64,000 bases of DNA from Felis catus (Eukaryota), in NCBI RefSeq assembly GCF_018350175.1, contig NC_058368.1:33668001-33732000 (forward strand), read 5' to 3'. Of the stretch, positions 24,564-37,993 are shown one piece after another. Numbering within the stretch: position 1 is the stretch's first letter; every line of letters begins with the position of its first letter. Made by a program: the position numbers and the translations under genes. The notes beneath the pieces were generated by a model, which did no database searches, was not told the origin of the DNA, and worked only from the letters and a program-made list of their open reading frames with translations.

Positions 24564-26712
24564 AATATCACACATATGTGTGTATTAGAATTACATGTAT
24601 GACATATAACGTATGTTCGTGTGTGCGTGTGTATAAAATAAAAAACAATTCAGAGGCATGCACAAGAAAAGACTGGCTCTCACTAAGTCATTTAGATTTG
24701 AACACAAATGTCACCTCTCCTATCTGCTTCCATTCTCTATGTCTTATATCTCCCTGTTTAAGGGTCCTCATATTAACTTATATGAGGACCTTCACTGTCA
24801 TCTTTGAAAATCATTTTTCTATTTATTTTTCTTTGCCTTTTGTTTATCTTTGTATTTTCTACTTGTCACCAAGACAATGCAAGCCCTATTAAGGCAAGGA
24901 GAACAAAGAACTTTTCTTTCACATAACAAGGGCTGAATAAATGTTGAATAAATGAAATAAATGAAGAAGGTTGATGGGAAAGAGGAGAGATTTTGGACTG
25001 TTTTTTTTTTTATGAAGACATAAATATGAAGACACTATTCTTAATTTATCCATAGGATTAGCAGTATAATCTATTTTAGTATAAAATACTAAAATGATAC
25101 TAAAAAGTGCTTCTTTCTCCCAGTTTTCCTATTCCTTGTAAGAATCTATTGTTTAATCACCTATGCTGGAAATTTCTATTATCCTTGACTTCTTTTCCTC
25201 TATTAAATTATCATCAATCATCAAATCAATTGCCAAGTTTTAAAAATCATCAAAACACCAATGCATACAGTATGATTCTTATTTGGAGAAGAGCAAATAA
25301 TCCTCCATATATGGACAGACATGCTTGCATATTTTTACTCAAGTAGAGATAGCACAATGTAAAGATATACATCAAGGGGTTAAAAATTAATTACCTCAAG
25401 GACATGAGAGAGCTTTGTGTGTATATGTGTGTGAGTTTTGAAAAAAAGAGCAAGAGAGGTGATTAGCTTTGCATTTGTAGATTTTATATCATGTTTCAAT
25501 TGTTAAAATATGAACACATTAGTCCCATGATTTAAAAATCAACTAAAGACAATTTTAAAACAAAAACTCTTTGTTATTTTTTAAATTCCATTTTCACTCA
25601 GGTTATCACCATCTTAATTTAGCCTAAAGTTACCTCATCCTTGAACTAATAGATACTTGTTCTCTCCTCCTTCAGAATTTTCCCATTGCAGTCTATCCTA
25701 CACGCTTCTTAGATTTATCTTCATGTAACTCAACTTAAAAACCTATAATCTCTCTCTCTCGAGACTACAAAATTATTATCAAAGGCCTATAGAACATCCA
25801 TAATGTTCAAAATGAGGCTCTTTTTAACTTTAGTATTCTATTACTTTCCTGTCCTTTATAGAAAAATTGAACTGTCTGAGCACAAAATAAAGCCGGCCAT
25901 TTTATTTTACCAAAGTTATACCTCCTGTGTTATCTCTACTAATAAAGACTTCATAGAGTTAGCCATTCATAAGTATCTAAGCAGACAAAAGACATCTAAT
26001 ATTGAAACAGAATTACATATTTATCTTAAAACACTCATGCTAATTTTATATTAAAGAGAATTGTAAACTTGTCTTTTTAAAAACAATAGTGAATTTTGCT
26101 ACTACTTTACAAACTGTTTCCCCCATATGAGCTCATTCAATCCTGACTGTAGCTGTGATAAACAGGTATTATTAAGTTATTAGAGCCCACAAATAAATTG
26201 ATTTGACCAAAACCATGCACCTGGTAAGTTTACAAAACTACACTTGAACGTCAGTTTTCTGACTACAAAACTTGTACTCTTTTTCCATTAAATGACAATG
26301 CATCTCATCCTGCCCAGTTCATTCAACTTGACTGCAAATTCTCTGATGAAACAAAACTCTTGGCTTTATCTTTTTATCTTCAAAGGTAAATGACAAAACA
26401 CTTCGAAACAGAATTTCAAAAAATATTTCTTGAATTAAATTATCTGTCTTTCCAACAAACAGACAATATTCTTCATGATATAATTTAGACATTACCAGAA
26501 AATATGGTCACAACACTTAGATGAATTTTTAATCAGTTGGGTAAATATACACAGTGTTATAACTCTGTTCTAAAAAGTCTCTGATAGCCTAGAAGAATGG
26601 GCTAAAATTAATAGAATGTCAAGCTTTTATACTTAGTTCCAAAACAGCAATCACTGAAATAGAGATAAAATGATGTGTAACAAATTTTTAAGATTATTTC
26701 ATTTTAACACAC

Positions 26713-27375
26713 AGTCAGTAACCATGTTCTATAAAGTTGCTGGAAGTACTAAATTAGTGACTATTAAACCATTGCTCCTAGATAAAATAGGTTCCTGTGA
26801 GTTTCTGGTTACATTTCCACCAATTGATCAATATACAACTTGTTTTATGTGTGTTTCTGTTAAAAGACAGCTTATATTATTATTGACTCTTGTTATATAT
26901 GATGATATATTGCCGACCCTGTAACATTAAAATCACAGCCAACAGCACTACCACATATGCCTGAATAAAGCTAATCTGACAAATATTTTCTCCATAAGAC
27001 ACAAAGCAACCTTCTTTTGATTAAGAACACCAGATAGCACTTCAGTCCTGTGCTTGGGGGCTCATTTTAAAAAGTTAAATCACCAAAAAAAACAGAAACA
27101 AAAACAAAAAACACACACATGTAGAAATGTGGCATTATTCAGACCATGAAAAAGATAATGGTTTACAGCAGGAGAGCTGAAATAAGAAGGCCAAGTCTTA
27201 CCTTGTTCAACGTCAGCTGGGAATTTGCAATTGGGTGATGCAAATTTTCATTGGCGTGCACCTGTGCATGAATGACATCCAGTGAAAGCACCATGAGTAC
27301 TGAGGTGACAAATACATGTTAGCCATCAGGCAAATGTGCAAATACAGAATCTGCCAATAATGAGAATTGGCTTTA
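26713..27375. mobile_element. TcMar-Tigger-like DNA transposon remnant
   Basis: Ends resemble Tigger termini (cagt...ttctataaagt...ccattgctcctag; gcaaatacagaatctgccaataatgag); subfamily not assigned. Confidence 0.55.
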
Positions 27376-28612
27376 TATGTACATGTAATTTTAGACAGTC
27401 TACTTTTCTTTAAGAAAATCATGTTTTCTTGTTAATGTAAGATCCAAGAGAGCACACAGGTTCACAACTGTCTTTTTGTTGCTGTTGTTAGTAGAGTATC
27501 TAAAAGGTAGTGATTACTGTCTTACAAATACATCAGATGTTGAGGGCCTTCCAATGTTTCTTGAGTCTGATGAAAATTATGGCACTTCATCCTCAGAAAA
27601 TATGGTCATGAAAATAATATTTTGCACATGATTTCAGATAGTGCATGGAGAAATAAGGCATACATAATCACACTACTGTAAGTTTCCTTCAATTAGAAAA
27701 CTGCATTCAGTTCTAGTAAGCACATTTCTAAAATAATATAAAATGAAAATGAATATACAATAAAATTAAAACTAAAAGCTATGGAACATAACTCAAAAAA
27801 GGTAGGGAGAGTTAAGCTGGGGACTTTTTATAATACAGCATTTTTACTAAAGGCTAGTATATGAGGCACTTTCTTCATTTCCTGTAAGAATTCACAGGAC
27901 CGAACAAGAATTAATGGTGGGGGGGGGGAGTTAAAAGACTATAAAAAATCATCTTTTGCCAGCAGAATTATCCAAACATGATTGAACCACCTCAGAATGT
28001 GGATTATCAAACATGCCCGTCCCTGAAGTCTTTAACAAAAATACGAGTATTTGCTGGAGATATTGAAGGTGTTTAAACATTACGTGGTGTTTAGACAAGA
28101 TGTTTACATATCAGATTCTAAAAATTAATGAATATTAAATTTTATTTTTAATTCAAATACTAATAAGCAAAAAGACATATTTACAAGTAAAGTAATATCT
28201 TTCCCTTAGGGAAATGAAAATTTAAGATAATGAGTTAATGTTTTAAACTTGATTTTTGAAACAGTTGTATCACATAACTGTGTTTTGTGTGAGGAGAAAT
28301 TTGGGAATGCAGCACTCCTAGGCCCTGTGCAAGCAAAAACTGTCTTTAACTATAGTTTCATCCAAATAAACTCCTATTTATTTAAATATATATATATATT
28401 ACATGTAAATATATATGTATATACATATATATGTATATATAAAGAAACTTACAATTAAAAATTTACTAATACCAAGATAACAGCTTAACTTAAAGATACT
28501 CTCCATTGTATAAATGGGTGAGAATACCACCTTTAGTTACATAAGGTTCTTAACAAGTCTTTTTGTTTCTGAATTTCTCAACATCATTTTTGTGTATAAA
28601 AATTATTTTGTA

Positions 28613-28855
28613 GGGGCACCTAGGTGGCTCAGTCAGTTAAGCGTTGGACTCTTGATTTTGGCTCAGGGCACGATCTCTTGGTTCATGAGACCTAGCCCCA
28701 TATTGAGGCCATATCAAGCCCCACATTAGACTCTGTGCTGACATTGCTGAGTCTGCATGGGATTCACTCTCGCCCTTGCTCTCTGACCTTCCCCCCCTCC
28801 CTCACTGCCTACTCATTCATGCACATGCGCTCTCTCTCAATAAATGAATACACTT
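28613..28855 (+). mobile_element. Can-SINE (older type, short internal duplication)
   Basis: 17-bp TSD taaaaattattttgtag 28597-28613/28855-28871. Confidence 0.92.
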
Positions 28856-29255
28856 AAAAATTATTTTGTAGCTCATTTTCCAAAGTGAATTTCACTTTCA
28901 TTTTTAAATTTCTTTTTCAACTTTTTCCATAACTCACAATAGAGCAATCATAAAATACTAGTTTCAGGATGCAATGGACATTCAATAAGTGAAGGATATC
29001 TGATTTTTACTGAACAATGATAAAGTAGTCCAACCATTTGTGTTAATTTCCTTATTGATTGCCAGCTGGGGATTTGAGACTAAGAAAAATGCCCTAAAAA
29101 CTGTAACTTGGATTGTCAGTCAGTGGGAACATAAATATGTCCCCCTGAAAACTTCATCCAAAAATTTTTTCTTAGCAAACAAACTCAGTTCTGCTTAAAG
29201 ATATCCAGGGAAATGAAATATCAGTTGATCTAGAATTTTAAAAATAGAATGTGAA

Positions 29256-29476
29256 GGGGCGCCTGGGTGGCTCAGTCGGTTAAGCCTCTGACTTCGGCCC
29301 AGGTCATGATCTCGCGGTCGGTGAGTTCAAGCCTGGCGTCAGGCTCTGTGCTGACAGCTCAGAGCCTGGAGCCTGTTTCAGATTCTGTGTCTCCCTCTTT
29401 CTCTGACCCTCCCCCGTTCATGCTCTGTCTCTCTCTGTCTCAAAAATAAATAAACGTTAAAAAAATAAAAAATAAA
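29256..29476 (+). mobile_element. Young Can-SINE (SINEC_Fc-type)
   Basis: TSD taaaaatagaatg(t/c)gaa 29239-29255/29477-29493. Confidence 0.95.
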
Positions 29477-29854
29477 TAAAAATAGAATGCGAAATTAAAA
29501 AATAGAATCTAAAATCATAATAATGTAAACACATTTCAAAGTTATTTCCTAGTAATTCTAGGTCATTACAATCTAAGAGGATAGCAAATCAAGATATTGT
29601 CATTCTAATAAGTAAGTGAGCACTATTTTATTATGTATGTCCTTTGGGTAAAATTATCCAGAGAAAATATAATTAAAGGAATCCTTAGAGTTATTCATTT
29701 TTCTTCCAATAGGTTTACTGAGGATCGACTTCCAAGATTACTTATGTGGTTGTTGCAAGATGCAATTCCTTTTGGGTTTTTGGCCTGAAGGCCTAACTTC
29801 TTAGCTGGTTGTTGACCAGAGGCTGCTCTCAGTTCTTTTATTGTATTGGCCTCC

Positions 29855-30820
29855 TGAGATATCGTGATTTATAAGAAATGTATCAGATGACCAAAATATC
29901 TTTCGTCTATATTTTTACTTCATCTAAGGTCCCTGGCTCACAGTTCCCAAAAACCTTGGAATTTTCTGAGAGATAAAAGCAATGGAAGCACCTTCTGTTA
30001 TAATATTTGGTCTCTTATTCTCCATTCCTAAAAAGATTCGGAACATAAAAGTGAAATAGATGTCTTTTTATTCATAACAAGCGCCTTTCAACCATAACTG
30101 AGTTTATATTAATGAGATGGCTTTTGGGAATCTCTTAAAGAAGGTGGGGGGGGGCGGGAGTGAGGGGGCTGGTTACCACTGGGGACCAATCATGAATGAG
30201 GGTTGGAACCCTCTACCCCTGATTTCCAGGGAGGGGGGAGAGGTTTGCAGGTTCAATCAATCACCAATGGTCAATGTTTCCAGCAATGATTTAATGCCTT
30301 TGTAATGAAGCCTCCATAAAAACACAAAAGAAGGGACAAAAGAAGGGAGTTCAGAGGGCTTACAGATTGGTGAAACAGAACACTTCTACATGCCACCACA
30401 CAGGGCCCCAAACCCTACAAGGACAGAGGCCCCTTTTTTGGGGACCTCACCCTATGTATCTCTCCATCTGGCTGTTGGTTGTGTTCACTAATATCCTTTG
30501 TAATAAGCCAGTAATCTAGTGAATAAACTGGTTTCCTGCATCTTGTGAACCACCCTCGAAAATTAATTGAACCGAAGGAGAGGTTTGTGGGAATCTGTGA
30601 TAGCCAGTAGGCTGAACCTGAACTTCAACTGGTATCTGAAGTTGGGGGGACAGACAGTGTTGTGGGACTGAGTTCTGAACCTGTGGAATCTGATGCTATC
30701 TCCAGGTAGATAATGTTAAAATTGAGTTGAACTGTAGGACACCCAGCTAGTGTCTGAGAAATTCTTAGTGGTGTAGGAAAGCTCCCCACCCCCTGCACCC
30801 ACACACTGGAGCTGGTGATT
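29855..30820 (+). mobile_element. ERV solo LTR (MER21-like) inserted into an older MLT1-like relic (29720-29850 and 31200-31300)
   Basis: MER21-like motifs (ttcataacaag..ctttcaacc, caccaatggtcaatg, aatgaagcctccataaaa, ccctatgtatctct, gatgctatctccaggtagata). Confidence 0.7.
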
Positions 30821-30824
30821 AGAA

Positions 30825-31200
30825 CCCTTACCTTCCTGCGGGAACGCCAACCATGCTGACTTCATCTTTAGCTCTCCATCTTGTGCTGCCATTTGGTGCA
30901 CAGGTGGCGTCGCTTTAGATAACCAGAGATCCCTCTGGTGCACAGGTGGCCCCACTTAGATTAACTACCCTGTGGCCTCACCACCACGCCCCTGGTTCTG
31001 TAAAGGTGGGGATTAAGTTGCAGAAAATGGGCAAAGAGAATAGCTGCATAATTCTCTGGATCAACTGCTCACTTGCCCATGTCGGTATAAGTTACCTTAA
31101 ATAAAATTCTGTGCAAACCATGTGGAGTGGCTTGCTTCGTTTTTCAGTATTAAAGTGTCGGATTGGAGGATACTCTAGTGAACCTCCTCTGCCTTCTAAC
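30825..31200 (+). mobile_element. Probable second LTR fragment
   Basis: GC-richer segment with TATA-like tataa, AATAAA about 31099 and a 42-bp-period internal duplication. Confidence 0.45.
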
Positions 31201-31389
31201 ACTTCCCAACATAGCAACTTGCTCCATCAAAGCAAGAAAAATAAAGACTGCTAGCAAGAGGGAAGTCAGTATTTCTTATAACCTAATCACAGAAGAGATA
31301 CCCACTTAAAGAGATACCAACTTTAGTTGGGGTATTTTAAGAAGTATTTAGAAGCTACCCGGCAAACTATGGCTCCAATAAGAATTGAC

Positions 31390-31810
31390 TGGTTATTATA
31401 TCCTGGGCACAGTTTTAGGTATTGGAGATAGAGTAGTAAGCACGACAGTCAAGTACCTTGCTTCATAGAACTTAGTCTCCAAAAGGAGTAATATGTCATA
31501 TTTCCGTTTTAAAGACATCCATATAGGCAGGTCAAAAGAATAATTAAAGGAAGGCATTAGAGACAGAATGGATGGACATAGTAATCTAGATGAAAAAAGC
31601 CGAGGGTGAGCTAGAGGATTCATTAGAACAATTTATAGCCTTAGACAATTGGCATCACTACCAAAACAGGAAATGTCTAAAGGGATGGAAGTTATAAGGT
31701 AAAAGGAATGAGCCATTTGAACTTGATCAATTTGAAAAATATGTGGATGTCAACATAGAAAGTGCCACTAGGCAATTAATTTCAGAATTTCTGGAGTTCT
31801 AAGGAACATC
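31390..31810 (-). mobile_element. L2 LINE relic
   Basis: ctgggcacagttttaggtattggagata...ccttgcttcatagaactta, typical of antisense L2 3' region. Confidence 0.5.
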
Positions 31811-32349
31811 TGGAGACTTCCAGACATCATATACTATCTGCTTCCTAATATGTCCGAAAAATTTTGTGAACATACATTCATTCTAAGCCTATCTGTATTC
31901 TATCTTATTTTCCTGCTTTTTAGTTTTGTTTGGTTTCTATGCCTTATCCCTCACCTTAACCCACATTCACCACTCCACCCACAATACTGAATTTAATATA
32001 TGTCCTCCTAATATACTTTCCACAATTGGTTTACATAATATTTATCTACATGTATGAAAAAAACACCCTTCCAAACTACCTTCCATAAATGGTTTCTCCT
32101 CCTATCCATCTATTTTTTAAAATATGATTTTGGCTACTGCTGATAGTGCTGCTATAAACATTGGGGTGCGTGTGCTCCTTTGAATTAGTACTTTTGTATC
32201 CTTTGGATAAATACTTAGTATTGCAATTGCTGAATCATAGGGTAGTTCTATTTTTAACTTTTTGAGAAAACTCCCTACTGTTTTCCAGAGTGGCTGTAAG
32301 AGCCCAAATGACCATCGACTGATGAATGGATAAAGAAGATATGGTATAC

Positions 32350-32354
<5 letters not shown>

Positions 32355-32392
<38 letters not shown>

Positions 32393-32409
32393 CCATATAT
32401 ACACACGTG

Positions 32410-32447
<38 letters not shown>
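32355..32447. repeat. Compound (TA)n/(CA)n microsatellite within L1
   Basis: Direct observation. Confidence 0.9.
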
Positions 32448-32449
<2 letters not shown>

Positions 32450-32483
32450 GGAATACTATTCAGAGATCAAAAAGAATGAAACC

Positions 32484-32696
32484 GGGGCGCCTAGGTGGCT
32501 CAGTCGGTTAAGTGTCCGACTTCAGCTCAGGTCATGATCTCATAGTCCGTGAGTTCGAGCCCCATGTCGGGCTCTGTGCTGACAGCTCAGAGCCTGGAGC
32601 CTGCTTCGGATTCTGTGTCTCCTCCTCTCTCTGACCCTCTCCCGTTCATGCTCTGTCTCTCTCTGTCTCAAAAATAAACATTAAAAAAATTAAAAA
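32484..32696 (+). mobile_element. Young Can-SINE nested in L1
   Basis: TSD aaaaagaatgaaa 32469-32481/32697-32709. Confidence 0.95.
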
Positions 32697-33069
32697 AAAA
32701 AGAATGAAATCTTGCCGTTTGCAACAACATGGATGGAACTAGAGTGTATTATACTGAAAGAAATAGAGAAAGACAAATATATGATTCCACTCATATGTGA
32801 AATTCGAGAAACACAACAGATGAACATAGGGGAATGGAAGGAAAAATAAGATAAAAACAGAGAGGGAGACAAACCATAAGAGACTCTTAAAAATGGAGGA
32901 CAAACTGAGAGTTGCTGCAGGGGTGGTGGGTGGGGGGATGGATTAAATGGGCGATGGGCATTAAGGAGGACACCTATTGGGATGAGCACTGGGTGCTATA
33001 TGTAAGTGATGAATCACTAAACTCTGCTCCTGAAACCAATACTACACTATATGTTAACTAAATTGAATT

Positions 33070-33275
33070 ATTTTTTTTAATGTTTATTTATTTTTGAGAG
33101 AGAGAGAGACAGAACATGAAGGGGGAAGGGTCAGAGAGAGGGAAACACAGAATCCAAAGCAGGCTTCAGGCTCCGAGCTGTCATCACAGAGCCGACGCGG
33201 GCTCGAACTCACAGACTGAGATCATGACCTGAGCCGAAGTTGAACGCTTAACCGACTGAGCCACCCAAGCGCCCC
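33070..33275 (-). mobile_element. Can-SINE nested in L1 3' end
   Basis: Perfect 16-bp TSD TTAACTAAATTGAATT 33054-33069/33276-33291. Confidence 0.95.
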
Positions 33276-34014
33276 TTAACTAAATTGAATTTAAATTTAA
33301 AAATATGATTTTAGTTTCAGAGTATATATATTAAAATATAAATTAATAGTATCCTATTTGTCTCATTCTATTTTTTTTATTTAATAATGCAATACCCCCA
33401 TGTATGTACATCTAGTTCATTGCTTCTGACTGCTGCATACATTCTCATCAATTATATACACATCTTTTATATTTCTTATAATGAATGAACTAATACCTCT
33501 ATTTATCAGTATAATATTTTGGTGAATGCCTTAAATGTGACTCCTTATGAATGTGTCCCACAGGTTTACTGGGTTGAATACTTTGGAATCAAATTGCTAG
33601 CATATAGTATATACAAATACTTCATTTTGATAGTATTCCAAAGAGCTCTCTTACAATTGCTTATGCTCTCATCAGCACGAGAAATTATTTGGCTTTTTAA
33701 TGGTTGCTATCTGATGGATATACAGTGTTATCTCATTGTATTTAAGCTTGCATTTCTCAAATAAATGGCACTGTGTCTCTGTTTATAACATTATTACTTA
33801 CTTAAAATGTTTTTTCCCTGCTTTTATGGCAGCCACAGCTGACTAATATATATCATATGTGTATCTTCAATTTTAGTAAGTAATATCTGTTTTCTAAAGC
33901 AGTGTCATCTATTTACACTCCCACAATGCCGTATTAGCCATCCAGTTTTCCACATCTTACTAAGATTCTCCCCTAGCCTATGCCCAATCTTTGACTTAGA
34001 GCTGTCTCTGGTTA

Positions 34015-34044
34015 GACACAACACACACACACACACACACACAC
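34015..34044. repeat. (CA)n microsatellite
   Basis: Direct observation. Confidence 0.9.
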
Positions 34045-34434
34045 AGACATACTCTGGGTATCACACATTCACATCTCCACACACCAAGGGGATACAACCA
34101 TTTATAGGATACCTGTAAATTTCTCATAGTTTGTGTGTATTTGGTTGTGTGCACATGGGCACACATATGTGCATGCAGACATGTATGTGCATGTGTGAGA
34201 GAGAAACAAAAAGGAAGGGAGGTATCAGTATGTGTTATCTTCAGGATTCTGTGCTTTCAGGGAAGGAAGCCAGAAACCAGTGCTAGTTTCCCATGTGTTT
34301 GGGAAAAAAAATAATTTAGAAATCAGTTTTTTATCATTTTAATACTTTAATTCTATAAATATGAAGTACTTTTACTCATTCATCAAGATGATGATTTCTC
34401 TAATGAGCTATAATTTAAGATTTTCTTCCTTTAA

Positions 34435-34653
34435 GGGTACCTGGGTGGCTCAGTCGGTTAAGCGACTGACTCTTGATCTCGGCTCAGGTCATGGTCTCAC
34501 GGTTCCTGAGTTCGAGTCCTGCATTGGGCTCTGCACTGACAGCATGAAGCCTGCTAGGGATTCTCTCTCTCTCCTTCTCTTTCTCTCTGTCCCTCATCAG
34601 CTTTCACTCTCTCTCTATCAAAAAAAAAAAAAATAAGTAAACATTAAAAAAAA
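34435..34653 (+). mobile_element. Can-SINE
   Basis: TSD ttttcttcct(t/c)taa 34421-34434/34657-34670. Confidence 0.92.
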
Positions 34654-35390
34654 AGGTTTTCTTCCTCTAAATACATTCTTTCTAACAAAGTAGAATCACT
34701 TTAACCTAGATGCAAGGTACTTTTTTCTTTAATATTTACTGATGCATGTATACAAACACATGTATAATGAATCTGAGCTTGTTTCTATGTTCTTGTTCAT
34801 ATTCTCTAAATATTGACACCCACAAAATATTTTGCTGAAATTAGAAAATATATGCTAGTTTTAAAATATATGTTTGGAAATCTTGGTGTGATAAGGAGAA
34901 TTGCCTTCTGAAAAATTCATTCTAGCATCAATGTTTGTAGACGCAAATATGTCAGAAAGAGGAATTTTTTTGAAGCAATTTGACTCATCATTTTGAACTG
35001 ACAATTTCTTTTTCTGACCTAGGATGTGTGCTTTGTTCTTATCTGTAGTCTTTCCATGTTCATTTGCGTTAGTGGCCTTGACTCCAACCGTTGTTATTGT
35101 TACTTGTGATTCCTAACAGTGTAGTCCCCCCAGGGTCATTCAGGCAACAGATCTAGATGCTTCTTTCAGTGGCACAAAGCCATGCTCCAGGGGTGGCCGT
35201 TCACAGAGAATGATCCTGCTATCTTTGCTCTTAATAAAGTAGCGAGACTTATAGCTATCATACTCATTTCATTGCTAGTAGTCAGTGTTATTATATTCCC
35301 TTGAAATTGCCTTGTAATGATTCATCCAAATTCTATGTTAATCCAAGAGAAGCTAATAAGTAATTTTTATCATACATGCTTACTAAAGAG

Positions 35391-35392
<2 letters not shown>

Positions 35393-35421
<29 letters not shown>
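35393..35421. repeat. (GT)n microsatellite
   Basis: Direct observation. Confidence 0.9.
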
Positions 35422-35422
<1 letters not shown>

Positions 35423-35477
35423 ATATGTGTGATGTAGAAAACATTTTTAGTATATCCTTTAATAAAAAGTTTTCCAA

Positions 35478-35692
35478 GGGGAGCCTGGGTGGCTCAGTCC
35501 CTTAAGTGTCCAACTTCGGCTCGGGTCATGAACTTGCAGTTCATGAGTTCAAGTCCTGTGTAGGGCTCTGTGCTGACAGCTTGAAGCCTGGAGCCTGCTT
35601 TGGATTCTGTGCCTCCCTCTCTCTTGTTCCTCCCCTGCTCGCACTCTGTCTCTCAAAAATAAATAACGATTAAAAAATTTAAAAAATAAATA
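35478..35692 (+). mobile_element. Can-SINE
   Basis: 18-bp TSD aataaaaagttttccaag 35461-35478/35693-35710. Confidence 0.94.
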
Positions 35693-36366
35693 AATAAAAA
35701 GTTTTCCAAGATTGGCTCCCAGTGAGGAAATCACCTAGACATAATAGTTCAAAGATAATATTGTTGGTACAAAAATTTTAAATGCAATGTATTATAAAAT
35801 TAACTTGTTTTTAAGAAGTTAATTTGAAATTTTCTGTTTCCACATATGCTAAAGTTATGTGCATTTTATGGATATGGCAGAAACAAATCCCTTGTTTTTT
35901 TTTCATAATATTTGAGATAAGAATATGAGTTTTGAGTACTTTTCTAACGCTGAAACATATAATAGACTATTTAGAAAATATTGAAGATATTAATCTGTCT
36001 TTTGCATATCTGTCGAAATTACTATAATTAGAACTATCAGAAGATGGCAATTTTGAATATGTGAGAATGCACAGGAATTTATTATATTGAGAAATTTTAA
36101 TTCTCTGGAGTAAAAAAAATAGTGAAAATGCCAACAGTGCTATTCCCCCCCCCCCCGCCCTTTTAATTGATTTCTTTCTCTTTTTTTCTTGTTTGGAAAA
36201 AAAATAATTTTTGTCAGGTATACGCATATATCCAAATTCATCAAAATGTATACATTAAATATGTGCTACTATTTGTATATTAAGTATACATCATTAAAAT
36301 TGGAAGAAAAAATGAAGGTCTACCTTGAGGGGGTTAAATGGTTCATCATTTAAAAATCTAGATTAT

Positions 36367-36470
36367 GGGGTGCCTGGGTGGCTTAGTTCGTTGAGCATTG
36401 GACTCTTGATTTTGGCTCAGGTCAGGATCCCAGGGTCGTGGGATCGAGCCCCTCGTTGGGCTCTGCCCTG
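36367..36470 (+). mobile_element. Can-SINE, 5' half only
   Basis: tRNA-like head present; (CT)n, tail and second TSD absent. Confidence 0.85.
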
Positions 36471-37937
36471 AAAAGAAATGCACTGAAATAAATAGTGCTC
36501 CATATGCAGTTTGGAAAGGAAAGCAACTCTATACTAGTACAGAGTTTTGAAATTATCTTTGTTCCTATTGTTTATTCCTATCTATGATTTATTCCCCAGC
36601 ACCTTCTTCCAGTAATTTTCCTGTTTCCTCTATTTTCCTCTATGTTTCCTCAGTGCACCTGGAAAGCTTACAGAATCAGGTAATGCTGTATGGAAATAGA
36701 CAACAGCCTTTTCTTTTAGGAAAAAAGATCACAGAGGATTCTCAATGTGGCCCTTCAACTCTGATAGCAATCCTCATGGGGAAAGGGAGCACATAGAACA
36801 TAAGGAACATTAGTCTATGTTCGAAAGGAGTTGCACTATGTAATCAGTCCAGCCAGTGATTGGTGGAGTTTCAAAGTACATTGATGTCATGAGTGAGTAC
36901 TATACATCCGGGGACTAGGCGCCCGTTACAAGACAACTGAGAGCAGGAGGACAGAGAATTCAGCTTGTGAGGACAAGGTACAATCCACAAAGCCTGCTTC
37001 TGCAAATGCAGATACAAATCAGATTACTCACCTAATGGACTGAATACCCGGGAGGAAACAGAATTACAGGCACAAGAAATAAACTGAATTACTAAAGAAT
37101 AGGAAAAAGATGAGACTCTACACTGGTTCACATTCACTCTGAAAAGTGGAATAAGACAGAAGGCCTATACACAAGCTGATCAAGAATAAAAAGAAATGTC
37201 CACTAGGTTTTGACAGGTAGCGATTTATTGTCCCCCTGGCAAGGGCCAGGTTTATCGGGTCTGTAAGGCATGGGGCTGAGAGCATAACTGCCAGGGTTAG
37301 AGAAAGGAATAATGCAATTATTTTATAGTTTCATATACCTTCTTTTCAAGATAAAGAGAAATAATAAAATGTACCCATAAAGATAAAAATGAAGCAGATA
37401 AAACTGAATTTATTTTGCATATGGCTATCAATTAGGTTAAAAAGAAAACAATGAAAACAAGTTCTTGACATTGTAATCTAAATTACTCTAAGAAAAAATA
37501 AGTATTATAGGCGTCAAAAGGCATATATTTATCTACCATGTAATTAAATATATGTAAACACAGTGACCAAATATTTTTTACCAATTGGCCATTTTACGTG
37601 TTTGATAAATTTTGGTAAATTAATAAAATAGTGGAATGATTGAAATTACCCCATAACGAGGGGGGGGGTATCATGAAGATGTGTAGGCAGAAGCTTGAGG
37701 ATTAACAGATTTCTTATTTCAGAGATAGATGAGTTGATTATGTGGGTCTTTGCCCTTATTAAATTAAAAGTTCCCTGAGGTCAGGTGGAATAACCTCTAC
37801 ATCATCCTTATCAATGAGCATAATATTTTGAGAATATTATTTAGTCACAACTTTGGTTGAATGAATGAATAAATGTTAGGAACCATGGCAGGACCATTTA
37901 TATTTTCAACACACTAGGACAAAGAAGTGTGGGAAGA

Positions 37938-37942
<5 letters not shown>

Positions 37943-37989
<47 letters not shown>
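37943..37989. repeat. (GA)n microsatellite
   Basis: Direct observation. Confidence 0.95.

Positions 37990-37993
<4 letters not shown>

Larger units (their letters stand above)
32132..33299 (+). mobile_element. 5'-truncated, 5'-inverted carnivore L1 (twin priming)
   Basis: 32132-32297 is ORF2 C-terminus on minus strand, 32298 onward continues on plus strand to the 3' end; 13-bp TSD AAAATATGATTTT 32119-32131/33300-33312 at a TT/AAAA site. Confidence 0.9.

Noticed and set aside
35020..35245. Acceptor-like sites and a short open frame (CSPPRVIQATDLD...)
   Set aside because: No convincing donor and no recognisable protein
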